Part shown: positions 13,427-27,100 of the stretch, one piece after another | Position numbering within the stretch: position 1 is the first letter of the stretch | Layout of the letters: every line of letters starts with the position of its first letter | Assembly: GCA_001929475.1 (NCBI GenBank) | Contig: LXFE01003781.1 | Coordinates: 1 to 38,427 of the forward strand | From: Neolecta irregularis DAH-3 | Taxonomy: Eukaryota | Length of the DNA stretch: 38,427 nt | Reading direction: 5' to 3' | Made by a program: the position numbers and the translations under genes | The notes under the pieces: model-generated | The model's database searches: none | Told to the model about the DNA's origin: nothing | Seen by the model: the letters and a program-made list of their open reading frames with translations, nothing else

Positions 13427-16229
13427 ATGCAATCAATGTGGTCAAACATGTGGGGTGGTGGGTCTGTATACGAACGGAGAGATGCACATTCCGAATTGTA
13501 TCCGCTCTCGGGGAGATCTTCATCTTCCGAAGAAGGCACCAGTCATCAAAGACTTGGTCTGTTTGGTGGATATCATCAGCGAAAACGAAATCGACACCGA
13601 AATACGGGGGCCGCTTCCCTGCTCCATCGTTCTGAATCAGATCACGACCATAACGACGTTCCAGATTCGCTGTTGTATGAACACGAACATGAAGATGATG
13701 AGCTTCCTTTACCCGCGACTGCACGGAGAATATTACACGTTGAGCACGGCGACGAAACACTTCGGATGGACGACCGACTGCAAAATACCCGCCAGAAAAA
13801 CACCTCTGATCTGTGGAGTCTCCATGCAAAGGAACAAGCGCTGTGGAGATGGCACAACATCGCAAATATGGATTTGTTTATCAGTGATGTATTCAAATGA
13901 GTGCATCTACGCATCTACTCATATAAAGTTATACACATATTACGTTCGGAAGGGTCTGACGTGCATCATACTGGATGAGCTTATTTATTTCTTGTTACCA
14001 CCAAGTTTCTTTTTATTGCTGATGGTTTAGGATCATGGTGTTCATCATCTGCTTCTCCATTTACCTAACTCGATGCATCGATTATTCCAAAATTCCTCAT
14101 AGTTCAAAATTGGCAGAAGTCAAGATTCCACATTGCATGGCCATGTTGATCGCAAGTCTCGAATAGTTTGCTGACTCCAGGATACCATTTGGTCTCACAT
14201 TCATTATATGGGTTGTCGTTGCCTTCACAATATTCCATGCTATGCAAAAAGTGACGCATCTTGGCAGATGGCGAGAGATGCAACAGATTTATCTTCACAT
14301 TCTGGAGGTCCGCGAGGCAAGTCTGGAACTCTGCCAGGGTTTTAATCAGCACAGATTGATATACAAACTATATCTTGGCAAGAAATTGTCAGACGGTTGA
14401 TGGAAGCCCGTGAAAAGTACCCAACATCGCCTCTAACATTTGAAAATCTTGCTTGTAATCAGCGCATTAATCCTCACGACGTGGCCAACAGAATCATGAG
14501 ACGAGACAATTATTTCATCGCCCTTATCACGAGAGGGACTTTGAAGCTTCGCCTCCCATTGCCTTTTATAAAAGAGAAATTATTCTTTACCAGGCATTTG
14601 GAATGGTATCTCAATATGGTAGTCATGGACTACTTTTGCGATCGAGATGGCCACATAAGTCCATTCTTTTTGAAAGAGTCTGAGAGAGAAAAGTTATCTC
14701 AAGGGTATCATGCCTCTTGTCAGTATAATGACTGACTCAAAGATTACGAAAACGAATCCAATTCTTTGCGATCATCGCCTTCATATGCGGACCGATTTCT
14801 TTCGCATATCTCATTATCTACAACTTTTTCAGATATTTTCATGTTTACAGTCATTTACTATCGCTGGTCTAACTCTCCAGGAATATCAGAAGAACCCGGG
14901 TGTCATAGGTTCTCGCAGATACACGCGATGGGCACAATGGAAGTTTCGACAGTTTAACGAACTTGATCACTATTTCCAAGAACGACTTGGCATGAGTTAC
15001 CCTATAGCCTCTGAATATATCAACCAATTACCAAAAGAGAAGACAAATCGTATCGCACAGTAAGTGAATGCTGAAATATTTGTCCAACTAAGTATCTAGG
15101 TTTGTTGCTTTCGTCTCGGGTTCTTTCGCAGCAGTACTCGCTGTTGCAACGCTTCTTGATCCCGAGCTATTCCTCGGCTTTGAAATAACACAGAATCGCA
15201 CAGTCCTCTTTTATCTCGGAATTCTGGGTACAATTTATGGTGTGGCAAGATCTATGATTTCGGACGATATGATTTTCTTCGACCCTGAACAACAGATGAG
15301 AGAGGTGGCTGAATGTACGCATTATATGCCTGAACATTGGGAAGGTCGACTCCATACTATCGAGGTATGTACTTGTTCGTGAACGGCCTAAAATTTTGCA
15401 GGTTCAGCAAGAATTCAGTTCACTCTATCAATACGAGATCTTTAATCTTGTACAGGAAATATTCAGCGCACTTTTGGTGCCTTTTATCCTGATGACTGTT
15501 GATAGCAACAGTATAGTCGATTTCTTCCGTGAGAATTCTGTACATGTAGACGGTATGGGTCTCGTGTGTTCACATGCTGTATTTGATTTCACCAAACCTT
15601 CTAAAGATGTAAGATTCTTTATTCAAGCAAGTTACTGATAAAATCAGAGCCCTTCACCGATAGAGCCACAAGATGAAAATGCACGTATAGAAGCCAAGAT
15701 GCAAAGTTCTATGATGATTTTCCGCGAGAATAATAGTGCATGGGTACCAGAAGATATGGGTAGAAGCATTCTTGATGAGTCTGGTGGTGCAATGCATACC
15801 TCGATGCACCAGGGCAATCGTCAGCTACTACAGAATCACAAAGCTCGGCTATACAGAACCGCGCGTTCTCTTCGCAATAAACGAGAGCGATATCCTGTGA
15901 GACAATTCTCTGAAAGTAACGATGCCCAAGAACCTTCTTATAGCAAACAGCGAGGTTATGGTGATGCTGGGTTTGCAGCATATCTTTCTCCACCTGGTCG
16001 GTACACCAATCTTGGAAGAATAGCAATAAATCCCCCAGATACTCTCCAAGAAGTGCCAGAAGAAGAACAACGAATGAGTTTACTTACAGATTCATTTCAA
16101 TCGACTGGACAACCTGCAGTGGAGGAACATCGGAATATGGATGATATTACAGCTGGGGGAGATCCAATTCATATATTGGGGAAATTTTATCAGGAAACAG
16201 GTAGGGCTGCAGGTGGATCCAATAGGTGA
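13427..16229 (+). CDS. ATG9: Autophagy-related protein 9, multi-exon
   Basis: [66 protein letters not shown]. Confidence 0.93.
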
Positions 16230-16305
16230 ATCTGGGGCTGGGTGTTGGGAAGCTATTTGAGTTTGGCATATCTGGGTCTTGGATACATAACATTAGTGTC
16301 CAAGG

Positions 16306-17312
16306 TTAATATGTCATTTCCTTTAAGTGTTCTAGACATTTCCTATCCAAAACATGCTGTGTTTTCTTGGGTATATACTCTTTCAGCCGTGCTTTCGAAA
16401 CTCGGTAGACCTCGGTGTTTGTTATCAAGGACTTTTGTATATTCAAATTCATGGATAGTAACGCCGATTCCACATCCTCCGGTCTGATGTGAAGAATCTG
16501 CGACATGGCATTTATTGACCATTTTTCTGGCGCGGTTCCAGTTTCACACCCATTCACGACCAATTGAGCGATCTTTGATTTCCAATACTTCTGATACGTG
16601 TTTAGACCTTGTGCCGACAGTGGACTTTCAGGAGACTCGATTTTATTGCGTAGTCTAGAAATTTCGTAGGAAAAATCAATTAGTAGTTGCCCGTAGCCAC
16701 GCCCTTGGAATTGAGGAAACACCAAGATACAAGCGAGATTATACTCATCCCACGAGCTAGAGCGCGTCAAAATATCAAATTTTAAACGTGATTGGAACCG
16801 TTTTTCTCTCGAGAAGAACCCAATGATTTCCGTAGACGTTTCTGTCGCTCTCTGCCTGAAAACACCCAGAACGTAAAAGTAGAATCCGTCAACATCATAA
16901 TATATCGTCTTTTCGTCGAGAAACATTTTCGCAAATAATGAAAGACATTGACAAAACAACTTGACTTGTTAAGTATTTGTCTTGGATATAAATGGAACCA
17001 TTACTTTGTCTTGGTCCCCATCAACGCGAAAAAGTTTATAGTTCTTTTTACAGTAAACGGACTGTCCAGGGACAGATTTATCGCAAGAGCTCTTAATTTA
17101 GAGTTGGAAACCAGGCAAAACGGTGACTATACGCGGTGTATTTCCATTTGCGAAGGATCTATAGAATACTTGAAGCATTGAAGGCAAACATAGAGACTAG
17201 AAGCATTTTTGACAAGCTCTGGCGGATAGCGAGATGCGTAATGGGGTTTTAGCTTATACTTGCCCAAATAAACATAATCAAATCGAGTTTCATCAGCAGG
17301 CGACTTTCCCAT
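16306..17312 (-). CDS. Short MYST-family histone acetyltransferase, Sas2-like
   Basis: C2HC finger LYVCLQCFKY; CQCLSLFAKMFLDEKTIYYDV; YNLACILVFPQFQGRGYG; SPESPLS; no chromodomain or PHD. Confidence 0.87.
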
Positions 17313-17403
17313 TGATTTCGCGTCGAGTCGAGAGAGTTGTAAATATCGCAAAATTCATTCGCATAATTAGATGGAATTAAGGACATTTAGGAGGACAGTA
17401 ACA

Positions 17404-17411
17404 AGTGACTG
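17404..17411 (+). promoter_or_regulatory. Homol D-like box upstream of RPL28
   Basis: AGTGACTG is a 7/8 match to TGTGACTG (fission-yeast ribosomal protein promoter element), ~50 bp before the ATG. Confidence 0.4.
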
Positions 17412-17458
17412 TGAAAACCAACCACCGACGGTACCACAACACACTGCCACCACGAGAA

Positions 17459-18018
17459 ATGCCTACTAGATTAACCAAAACCGTATGTTCAGCAAATGGA
17501 CGGCGGCTAATGAAATGAACAGAGAAAACACAGGGGACATGTTTCCGCTGGTCATGGCCGAGTAGGAAAACACAGGAAGCATCCGGGTGGTCGAGGTTTG
17601 GCTGGCGGTCAGCATCATCTACGAATCAATATGGGTAAACTCATTCCTTGAGGAGGGACTCAGGAAATAGATAAATACCATCCTGGTTATTTCGGCAAAG
17701 TCGGTATGCGACATTATCACAAACTCAAGAATCAATCCTGGAAACCTGTCATCAATCTTGACAAATTGTGGACCCTAACCTCTCCGGAAACTCGGGAGAA
17801 ATTTCTCGGGAAGAAAACTGAGATTGCGCCAGTGATCGACACTTTATCAAAGGTACTATACTGTTTCAACCTAGATATTCAGAAATTAGGGCTTTGCCAA
17901 AGTTCTAGGAAAAGGCCGAATTCCTAACACGCCAGTTATCGTTCGAACAAGATTCATTTCCCGAAGAGCAGAAAACAAGATAAAGCAGGCTGGCGGTGTT
18001 GTCGAACTTGTAGCATAA
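17459..18018 (+). CDS. RPL28: 60S ribosomal protein uL15 (L28/L27a), 4 exons
   Basis: [50 protein letters not shown]. Confidence 0.97.
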
Positions 18019-18333
18019 ATTTATTTCTTATTTGCGTCATTTCTTGATATTTCATTGTGAAAATCACTACATGGATGCCTCAATAGAGAACAAAGGTCAC
18101 GGTGAACCTTTTCGTGAGGCATATATTCTTTTATGTCTACCTGTTCATTTGAGCTGGTTCATGAAAATCTTGAGAATTAACTAATCTTGATCATCAAAAA
18201 GTTTACAATGCAGTGCTGTTTCTAATTACCTATCTCCAGTAGCAATACGAAATAACAAATCTTGGGCCGCCAATTTGTGCATGACGACCTCAACGTTTGG
18301 AGACAGTGATACCCGGACGAAACACAGTCCATG

Positions 18334-18686
18334 CTAATGACTGTGTGGTTCCATAACAGGAGGTATCTTTCCGTCATCAAATAGCTTATTTCGCTCCCAT
18401 TTCGAGCCATTCACTCCAGTTGGAACTGCAAAACTTAAGAATTTCGCAAGATCGAGAAGATACTTGTATATGGATCAGAATGTTCGGCTTTATCGAGAAA
18501 AGCTTCCGTTTCATCAAGCAATTTTGCGATTTCTCGAGGATCCTGGAGAGATTTATGGGAGTCGAATAACTCGCGAATTTCTACTGCCATGGTTCTCCAT
18601 TTCAAGTGATCTACCGTCCAATCCAGCGAAATTTTTAATGTCCTCCGGTACAATACTTTTGTCCGAAAGGCAGCGGTTAGACTCAT
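18334..18686 (-). CDS. NDUFB9: Complex I subunit NDUFB9/B22 (LYR protein), 2 exons
   Basis: LYRRTLKISLDW..IRELFD..EHSDPYT|IPTGVNGSKWERN. Confidence 0.9.
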
Positions 18687-18772
18687 CGTTGATGTGGAAA
18701 TGGAGGTTAAGTGACGAGTAGTGAGTTCCTTGGTAAAATAAACCTCCAAGTTTATTGTATCAATTTGTACTG

Positions 18773-20487
18773 ATGCTTTCTCGAAGAGCAACTTCGGTTT
18801 TCTCATACAATTTCCTCTCTTGTCCAGCAAGATTGGGCAGATGTCATTCATGTTCACGTTGCCTGTTCAAAAGCACTGCCTCAAGTCGATCCTTACCGAC
18901 AATAAGGACTTTCCTCAAGACGTACGTTCAAGTTCCTCAATCAGGCTAAAAGGATAGTTGCTCAATACCGATTAGATTCAATCCATCTGCCCAGGTTCGG
19001 TTCTATGGTTTTTTTCCTATAAATATTGATTATATTAATCATGCAGCTGATAAGGTCATCAAAGTGCCTCAAATGGCTGAGTCTCTTACAGAAGGCACTC
19101 TGAAGCAATGGACAAAGCGTATATCTTTCACAAGAGTAGGTGAATGATATCTCTAGAGGTTGGTGATTATGTTGAACGAGACGAGGAAGTCGCAACAATC
19201 GAAACGGACAAAGTAGAGCCCAGTCCAAGGTTACATGTTTATATAGGCTAGATCGATGTCTCGGTGAATTCTCCGGAAGCCGGTACAATTAAAGAACATT
19301 TGGCAAAGGAAGAAGATACCGTTCAAGTTGGTCAAGATCTGTTTAGAATGGAATTAGGTGGAGAATCTCCAAAAGGTAAAGCTTCCTTCTAAGTTTTTAC
19401 TAACCTAGAGAATCACCTGCAAAAGAAGATGCCAATGGTCAACCTAGAGAAGCTCTGGAGGTATCGAAGGGCGAACAACAAAAACAAAAAAAAGATACAG
19501 CGGTAGCATCTAAGGAGAAACAGAACGAGCCAGAAAGATCTGGAAAGAAAATGGACAAGAATAGTCCACCACCGCAAGAGTCAACCCCCCATGAATCTTC
19601 TACCGCAAATGCATTCACTGGCATTGGTCGTAGGGATGAGCGACGTGTATGGAAGCACCATGCGATCAGAAATATTTACCTTTGTTAGGTCAAAATGAAC
19701 AGAATGCGTCTTCGAATTGCCGAGCGATTAAAAGAATCACAAAACACCGCTGCCTCATTGACAACATTTAATGAAGTGGACATGTCAAACCTCATGGAAA
19801 TGCGTTCACTCTACAAGGACGAGATTCTGAAGAAGACAGGTGTGAAACTAGGATTCATGAGTGCCTTTACAAAAGCCGTTATCTTATCTATGCGAGATAT
19901 TCCAGCCATAAATGCATCAATCGAAGGTCCTAACGGTGGAGATACAATTGTATATCGTGATTATGTCGATATGAGTATTGCAGTCGCAACACCAAAAGGA
20001 CTCGTCACTCCTGTTATCCGAAATGCTGAAACATTGGATTTCGTCGGAATTGAGAAGGCTATCGCCGAACTTGGTTCAAAGGTTTACACTTTCATCTGTT
20101 CAGATATCTTATTTAGAGGCTCGTGACGGAAGGCTCACCGTCGAAGATATGGCTGGTGGTACCTTTACTATATCTAATGGAGGTGTATTTGGTTCATTAA
20201 TGGGTATACCATGTGTATCACATTTGTTGCTAACGACAGGTACCCCAATTATCAATCTTCCCCAAACTGCCGTGCTCGGCCTTCACGCGATCAAAGATCG
20301 TCCAATCGCAATTAATGGACAGGTAGCGGTTCGACCCATGATGTACTTGGCCTTGACATATGGTACTGGCCTCGTTCTCAAGATCGCTCATGTTTTAGAT
20401 CATCGACTAGTTGACGGAAGGGAAGCTGTTACTTTTCTTAAAATGGTCAAAGAATATATCGAAGATCCCCGCAAAATGCTCTTATAG
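18773..20487 (+). CDS. KGD2: 2-oxoglutarate dehydrogenase E2 (dihydrolipoamide succinyltransferase), multi-exon
   Basis: Lipoyl domain [44 protein letters not shown]. Confidence 0.96.
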
Positions 20488-20679
20488 AGCGTAAAAAGCG
20501 CATATGACAGAATTGCTAAACCTTGACATATTTCACATTACTGAGTATATATATGACAGAATGAACAATCGAACCATCACCATAATAATAGCTCCAACCC
20601 CGATAACAAGAAGCAATGCTTATTTCCTACCGATCCGAATCTGCTATCCTAAGCGAAACAAGCCAGTTTTTGATTGAAA

Positions 20680-23458
20680 TCATAAATTAATTCGATCAGC
20701 GATCTCCCTATGTTATTGTTAGAAATACCTATGCAATTTCATACCTAATGCTCGAGACGATATTGTCCTTGATATCTTCATGCTTCCCAGCGGCAATCTT
20801 CAAGATTAATTCCTGAACAATTAAAATCTCTTGATAGAGTAACATACAATCAGTTCTGTCCGACCCAAAATGTCGACGTGATCACTGGTGTGCGGACCAC
20901 CACGGAAATCAAATCTTCCAGGCATATGTTCCATCTCATAAGTAGTCACTGTGGCATTCCCGGGATTAAAAAGGGAGTTCTTCCATCCTTTCACACACAT
21001 ATATCCTATATTTCAGTTTATTATAGCTGAAAACTTGAATAACCTGAGGATATCAGTGGTACTGTACCATCACCCTCGCCAGTTTCGACTCCTTTCTAGA
21101 AGATAAGCAAAAGTTGGGAAGTTAAGTGATTGAGTATACCTCTGTGTGTGCTTTAACATTGATTGTGTTATCAATAACTGGAATGGAAATATTGCTCCCT
21201 ATCAGTACCTCTTCTTTATACCAGTAACTTCTTTCTGTAAGTTTTCCAACACCATAAAGACAATAGATTTTGAGATCGGGGGCATAGGGTAATCGAAACT
21301 ACACATGAGTTCATATAGTTGTAGTCACTGACTTCTAGGGGATTGCTCCATTTCTCAGGTCTTTTATCGTTTTCTATCAGTTGCTCTTCTGTCCTAGCTA
21401 TTCCATAGCTGAAATTTGACTTTAGCAGCTGTACTCATTAGCTATTGACGAGTTGAAACCCTACTTTATGAAAAGTATCTGGGGTATGTTTAAACAAATA
21501 TTCGAATGATTCCGAGATGGTAAGATTTGTCTGCTTGACGACGCCGTCGGTGCCTCTTTTACCAGCAAACTTGAGGAAAGCCCCCATATTTTGATTGCCT
21601 TCATTATCGAGGTCATCGGGTGCAGAAACTCCATCTCCCCAACTACTTTGTCGTTAATATTGATACTTAAAGCAAGAAACACATTATATCACCACCTTTT
21701 GGCAGCATAGAACTGATTCCAGGGAGTGACCGCATTAGTGTGGCACGCTGAGCAGTCAGTTTTCAAGACAATGGGCGTTTGATACTTCAGATTTGGAAAA
21801 GAATTTCTCTAATCTTCACGTTCAGCAGTTCTCTCGAATCTCTTTGACTACCCATAAACAGATATTGCATTTAACTGTGCCGTATCTCGCATCTCACCAC
21901 TCAGTAGTACAGGAAAAGCTTTCGGTGTTCCGAGTAAGCTCCCTGATATCTAACAACTTTGTTAGAGAAATCACGAAGGCTACAAACATTGATGAAAGCC
22001 TCGATATTATCGTTTATCCATGTAGATCCGCCATTACCGTACCCTTCAGCCTCAACCTTGTTGTTAATGCAGCTTGTTCTGGCACCATACCCATTTCATG
22101 AACCAAAGAACAATCAGAGATCCTGAAAATCATGAGGACGAGTTTCTAGCTGAGAGAATACCCATGCTATGAGCAACCAGAACTATTATCGATTAATGAA
22201 TAAATTATTGAAAATATACCTGTTTTCTTTCCAGTGTGAGAATTGGAAGATTCTATAATCATCTGCGGAATATCAGTAAGAGATTGCATAGTTATGCGAA
22301 CTTTCAACTTGGAAAAGTAATGATCTCGAATTATCAGCCACGAGTCTGCCCAATATTGAAATTTACCCCTTTCTTCGAGATTTGTATATGATATTCTCCA
22401 ATCATAGGCAGCGGAATGCATTGTGTTAGGGTCATAACCAATTGCCGCCAGATTTTCAATTATCTGACCTAGTTAGATGCAAAATTCTTCGGGAGGCAAT
22501 GCTTTGTTCCATATCCAATAACCAGCAACAAAGAAATCAGCTGGATATGAGCAAGTCTCACACGGGGAGTATACCAGCATCAAACCCTTGTGCAGCACGT
22601 AATTTTACATCGGGTGGGTCTAAGCCAGTTTCTAGATCCAGCATCATTTGTTGCTTTTTGGTAAATTTCAATTGATGAACATATGTTCTTACAAGCCAGC
22701 AGTCTTTGTCTAGTAACATCGCTTTAATCATTGTGTAACTGCCCTTGATGTTCAATATTGAAAGAGCTCAAAAATATGCTACCCATAAACGTTTGCGAAA
22801 GTAAGGTAATCTATGAAATAAGGCCATTTGCTTTAACGGATTGATGCAACATACGAGCAGTTCTTTACCGACCAGCTTTCTAGTCCTGCAGAATGAGAAC
22901 TTGTCCAATATTGCAAGTTATTACGGACCTGTAGAGATTATCCCAGGAACCTTCAGTCAGCTACCAACCAAGCCTGCAGTAAATATACCATCACGACGAG
23001 AAAATCGGCCCGTAATCCGGAGTCATATAAGCTTTTCCCTACAGAGAACCCATCTGGAGTTGCTATGTTCTTCTCTCTCTTTATAATTTTCTGGGTCTCG
23101 TCCAAGATATTACCGGGGAGCTTCTCGAGGAAGTCATTTATATCAAGCAGATCTCCAATCGATTCGAATGGGATGTCAGGCGACTGAACAAGAAATAATG
23201 CGAGTATCAAACCAGCAAAGGCGCCCAGAAGGAACATTATCCGTTTATGATACCGATTCCTGCAGTATAGTCAAAAATTCCCTCTGTACAACGAACAAAC
23301 TTCTTTATTGGCTTTGTAGCAACATGGCCACGCTGGCTGGTAGTACTAGAAGACTCTCCGCCATCTTCAATATGAGGGCTGATGTGCTTCTGTTCTTCGG
23401 AAACCCCTTCGTTCAATTGTTTTCGGTTCTTGATCCCCGAGCTTGAGGTATTCGGCAT
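20680..23458 (-). CDS. LRO1: Phospholipid:diacylglycerol acyltransferase (Lro1/Plh1), many short exons
   Basis: N-terminal TM FLLGAFAGL; MLDLETGLDPPDVKLRAAQGF; AAYDWR; DHVDILGR. Confidence 0.9.
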
Positions 23459-23573
23459 CTCGCTAGTTGAACAAATAGTTTCCAAACTTGCTATTTTGAA
23501 TGATGTTTTGAACCCCCACGTGAATATCAAACCACCAATCCAGGCCGTCACTCGGCGAGACTATCAGAATTCA

Positions 23574-24172
23574 ATGGACCGCTCCAAAATATCCCACTCG
23601 CCTTTTAAAGACGAAACTCAACTGGCCGATATCATTGAACTGATTACAAATGACCTGAGCGAACCGTATTCTATATATGTATTTCGATACTTTATACATC
23701 AATGGCCAGAGTTATGTTGGCTTGTATGTATCGCGACAGCAAGAAATATTAACTCTCCAGGCTTTCTACGAAGAAAATTTCATTGGCGTTGTAGTCTGTA
23801 AGCTGGAGGACCATAGGGGCCTGAAACGCGGATATATTGCAATGCTGGCAGTTAAAGATGCATACAGGGGCATGGGAGTCGGTATGTATGCTAGTATACC
23901 GTCAAGTCTAACGAGAAAGCCACGAAACTGGTTCAGAAGGTGATCAAGGTAATGATTGAGAAGAAAGCCGATGAGGTTAACTTTTTGGCGAACTCCATTT
24001 CTGATACAATCAGGTTGCCCTCGAGACCGAAGTGTCCAATACTGCAGCAATGGCCCTCTACGAAAATCTTGGCTTCATGAGAAGTAAAAGATTACATAGT
24101 TACTACCTCAACGCTGGAGATGCCGTTCGATTCCTGTTACCACTAACATCAAGAGATAATATTTATACATAA
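23574..24172 (+). CDS. MAK3: NatC catalytic subunit Naa30/Mak3, 4 exons
   Basis: DLSEPYSIYVFRYFIHQWP; RGYIAMLAV; VALETEVSN; KRLHSYYLNAGDA. Confidence 0.94.
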
Positions 24173-24189
24173 ACCCAGGAAAGAAAGAG

Positions 24190-27100
24190 TTATGGAACAG
24201 AAATTCCAGTACCGTACTGGAAGCCTTCGGAGAGTACTTTCTGGATATCATCGGATTTATGAGGAAGGAGGGATAAAGCATAGGAGACATCATTCCATTG
24301 TCGTATGGTCTCGCATCGCGGTAAACGTGAGGCAAGTTTCTCCGCTAGTTGGCGGGCATGTTTCTCCTGTACATGGTGTTAAATGACTGCAAGTTATGTG
24401 GTGAGGAATACCTTTTCAATGAATGACATCAGAACTTTAAGAATCCTATGTAAAGCGTCCTCTTCAATAGGCTCTGCGCCCGCTGAAAGAGCACTAAAAA
24501 TATCCGAGAAGCCATTGTAAATGGCGTTTTCCTTTGTCGCCAGTTCTGTGAAAAACATCTTTGCGAGATCGGCAATATGACGGTCTGGGTCCTCGAGACA
24601 TTTGGCCATTTCACCAAGTTGTCCCTTGACTTTTACCTGTCCAGCAAGGATGAGGAAAGTCAATGTCATTAAACAAGTCTTTTTAACAGAAGTATCCTGG
24701 TCTCGAAGACGACGATAGAGAAAGTCGGTGTTCTCGTCAATCAAGTGATTGAAGCATACAGTCTACAATATTAATGTTAGCGGTAGAAGAAAGTAATACC
24801 ATATCTCCCAAAGCAATGACAATATTACTTCTCGAAATAGGATTAACTGACCGCTCAAGAACAGTAAGAAGAAGAGGTAAATTTGTTTCACAAAATTCGG
24901 CTGGACGGTTAACTTTGTACACGATATACCCCGGAAAAGATTACCCGAAACACACATCAACTTCGCCAAAGCTATTGCAGTAGCAGCCTGAAGATCCGGA
25001 TCCTATATTCGTAAGCTTCTATTTCAATGTGAAAAGAAGACGCACGGGATAATTTAAATTACTCGAAATTACTTCTACAATCAATGGTCCAAATACAGCC
25101 AATAAAGACTTTTCTCCATATAAAAGTTCCTTTTCTCTGTGATAATTAGCGAATGTCCCCTTAAAAATTGACCTGATATGTTGAATGGCATCTGTGAAAT
25201 CATCTTCGGTGGTTCCTCCAACCATCTCCAAGTCATCTCCGGCAGGTTCATTTTTATCAGATAAACCACTATCTTTTTTAGCCTTTTCACTTGCCGCTTT
25301 GCGTCTCTTAAATTCCATTTCGCAGGCTTCAATATGAACGATCTGTTTGACTGGACTTTTAGTACATGAGGTATGCAAGGAGGGGTTGATACTAGCGACG
25401 TGACCGACGACGAAGAACAAGTGACTTAGCTTGACAGTAGTGGGTATGCTTGGGATATCTTGTTGTGACTGTGTTTGTTCGGTTGGTAACTGGAAAGCTG
25501 CCTTTGCTTTTGTCGTGATGATTTGGCTGCACAGGATATCGGGATGTTGAGCTAATGCGTAGATAGCATTAATAGCTTGCTCAGCTAATCCAAGCCTAGC
25601 AAATAAATTTTATTGACAGACAAGTACGTGTATTCATACCAATCTTTATCGTCGATCGAGCGGATGACGGTAGCAGCAAGACGCAAGAGGATAGGATGAT
25701 CATTAGGAAGTCGAGTTGATTCTTTTTCAGGCACACCTATTGCAACTCATTAATTCGATGGGTACAAAATAAAACGTACCCTTGACTTGAGGCTTCCCTG
25801 AAATCCGCTGCAAAGCAATACATGAATATCTGGCGAGTGCCAAATCAGTTTGTCCGTGACTTCCAAGGCCAACGCGTAAAACAAGTTCAAGTTCCCTGAT
25901 AACTATATCCGGATCCGCTAGAGCAAGCATAGTCAACACGATAATCGCACCACGTCGCTGACTTTTCGAAATCTCTTTCTTTTGGATACCATATACTTGC
26001 CATAACTTTACAATCACATCGTCAGAAATAAGATTTTGTTTCATCATGGTGCTTAGTAGTTGTTCGAGGGACGTGAGTTCTGCTAGCGTCGCGCCATACG
26101 TCAAACTCATCATGTTTCTTGCGACAAAAGTTGCTGATTCGTTGATGGTCATTTCATCCGGAGGGTCAAAGTAGAGACATTTGTAAGATTCGATGAGGTG
26201 AGTTTGAACGCCTCGTCCTTCATCGCTGTTACCCTTTGTCCAGATTAAATGAAGCATTTTCCGGATACCTTCCTGGCGTGTAAGCTTTATCAGTTATGAG
26301 TTGATACCTTTGCAGACTCTAACTTGTAAGCGTCGGCGGTGATGAAAAAGTCCATAGCTTCGAGAACTTCTGTTTTTGTTTTTGAGGCCAGAAGTTGGGA
26401 GATTATTTTGGATCCACTGTGAAGGCTTTTAATGAATTTAACTGCTTCAGCGTAATATTTTCTTGTAAGATTCAGTTTGCCGAGTTGTTCTTGAGAAACT
26501 TGGGGTTGCTGAAGCCCCTTCTTTTGTGTCTGTGTCAGAGACAGGTCTATTTGGTTATCCTCTTCTATCATTGAAATGTCCGCCATGGACACATCCACCA
26601 TGGAGACATCACCAGTAGCAACTTGACCTTGAGTTTGTTCATCCAATAATTCGTCGTCGATTTGGTCCTCTTTTTGAACAATCGTTTCTTCCGGCTCAAG
26701 TTTGCCAAGTTCAGCTGTGACTTTAGCGAGTCGGTCGTTCCATTCGCTGAGAGCCAGATGGCCGCCATGTAATAGGCCAAATGGATGCGTGGCGATGAGT
26801 TTAGAGAGAAACTTTACGGTATTCCTTCTAACATTACTACTCTTGTCCTCTAGACTTTGAACGGCCAAATCGGCAAACTTTTGTCGGCGTTGGGGAAATT
26901 TGGAGGGCAGACTAACGGATCAGATTCGATGCATGCAAAACATACTCGCAAAGCTTGACCAAAACCTGGATGACCTTGGAACGGCAGTATGGATTGACAT
27001 CCAGGAAACGTTCTTCCAATAAGTCAAAGAAGCTGTCAAGTTGCCCTTGATGAGGTTCGGTTAGCTGGTCTTGTTTCGAAATATCACAAATAAGGTTTCC

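Noticed and set aside
13371..14030. Long alternative-frame and antisense ORFs over the ATG9 5' region
   Set aside because: Shadow ORFs without recognisable motifs.
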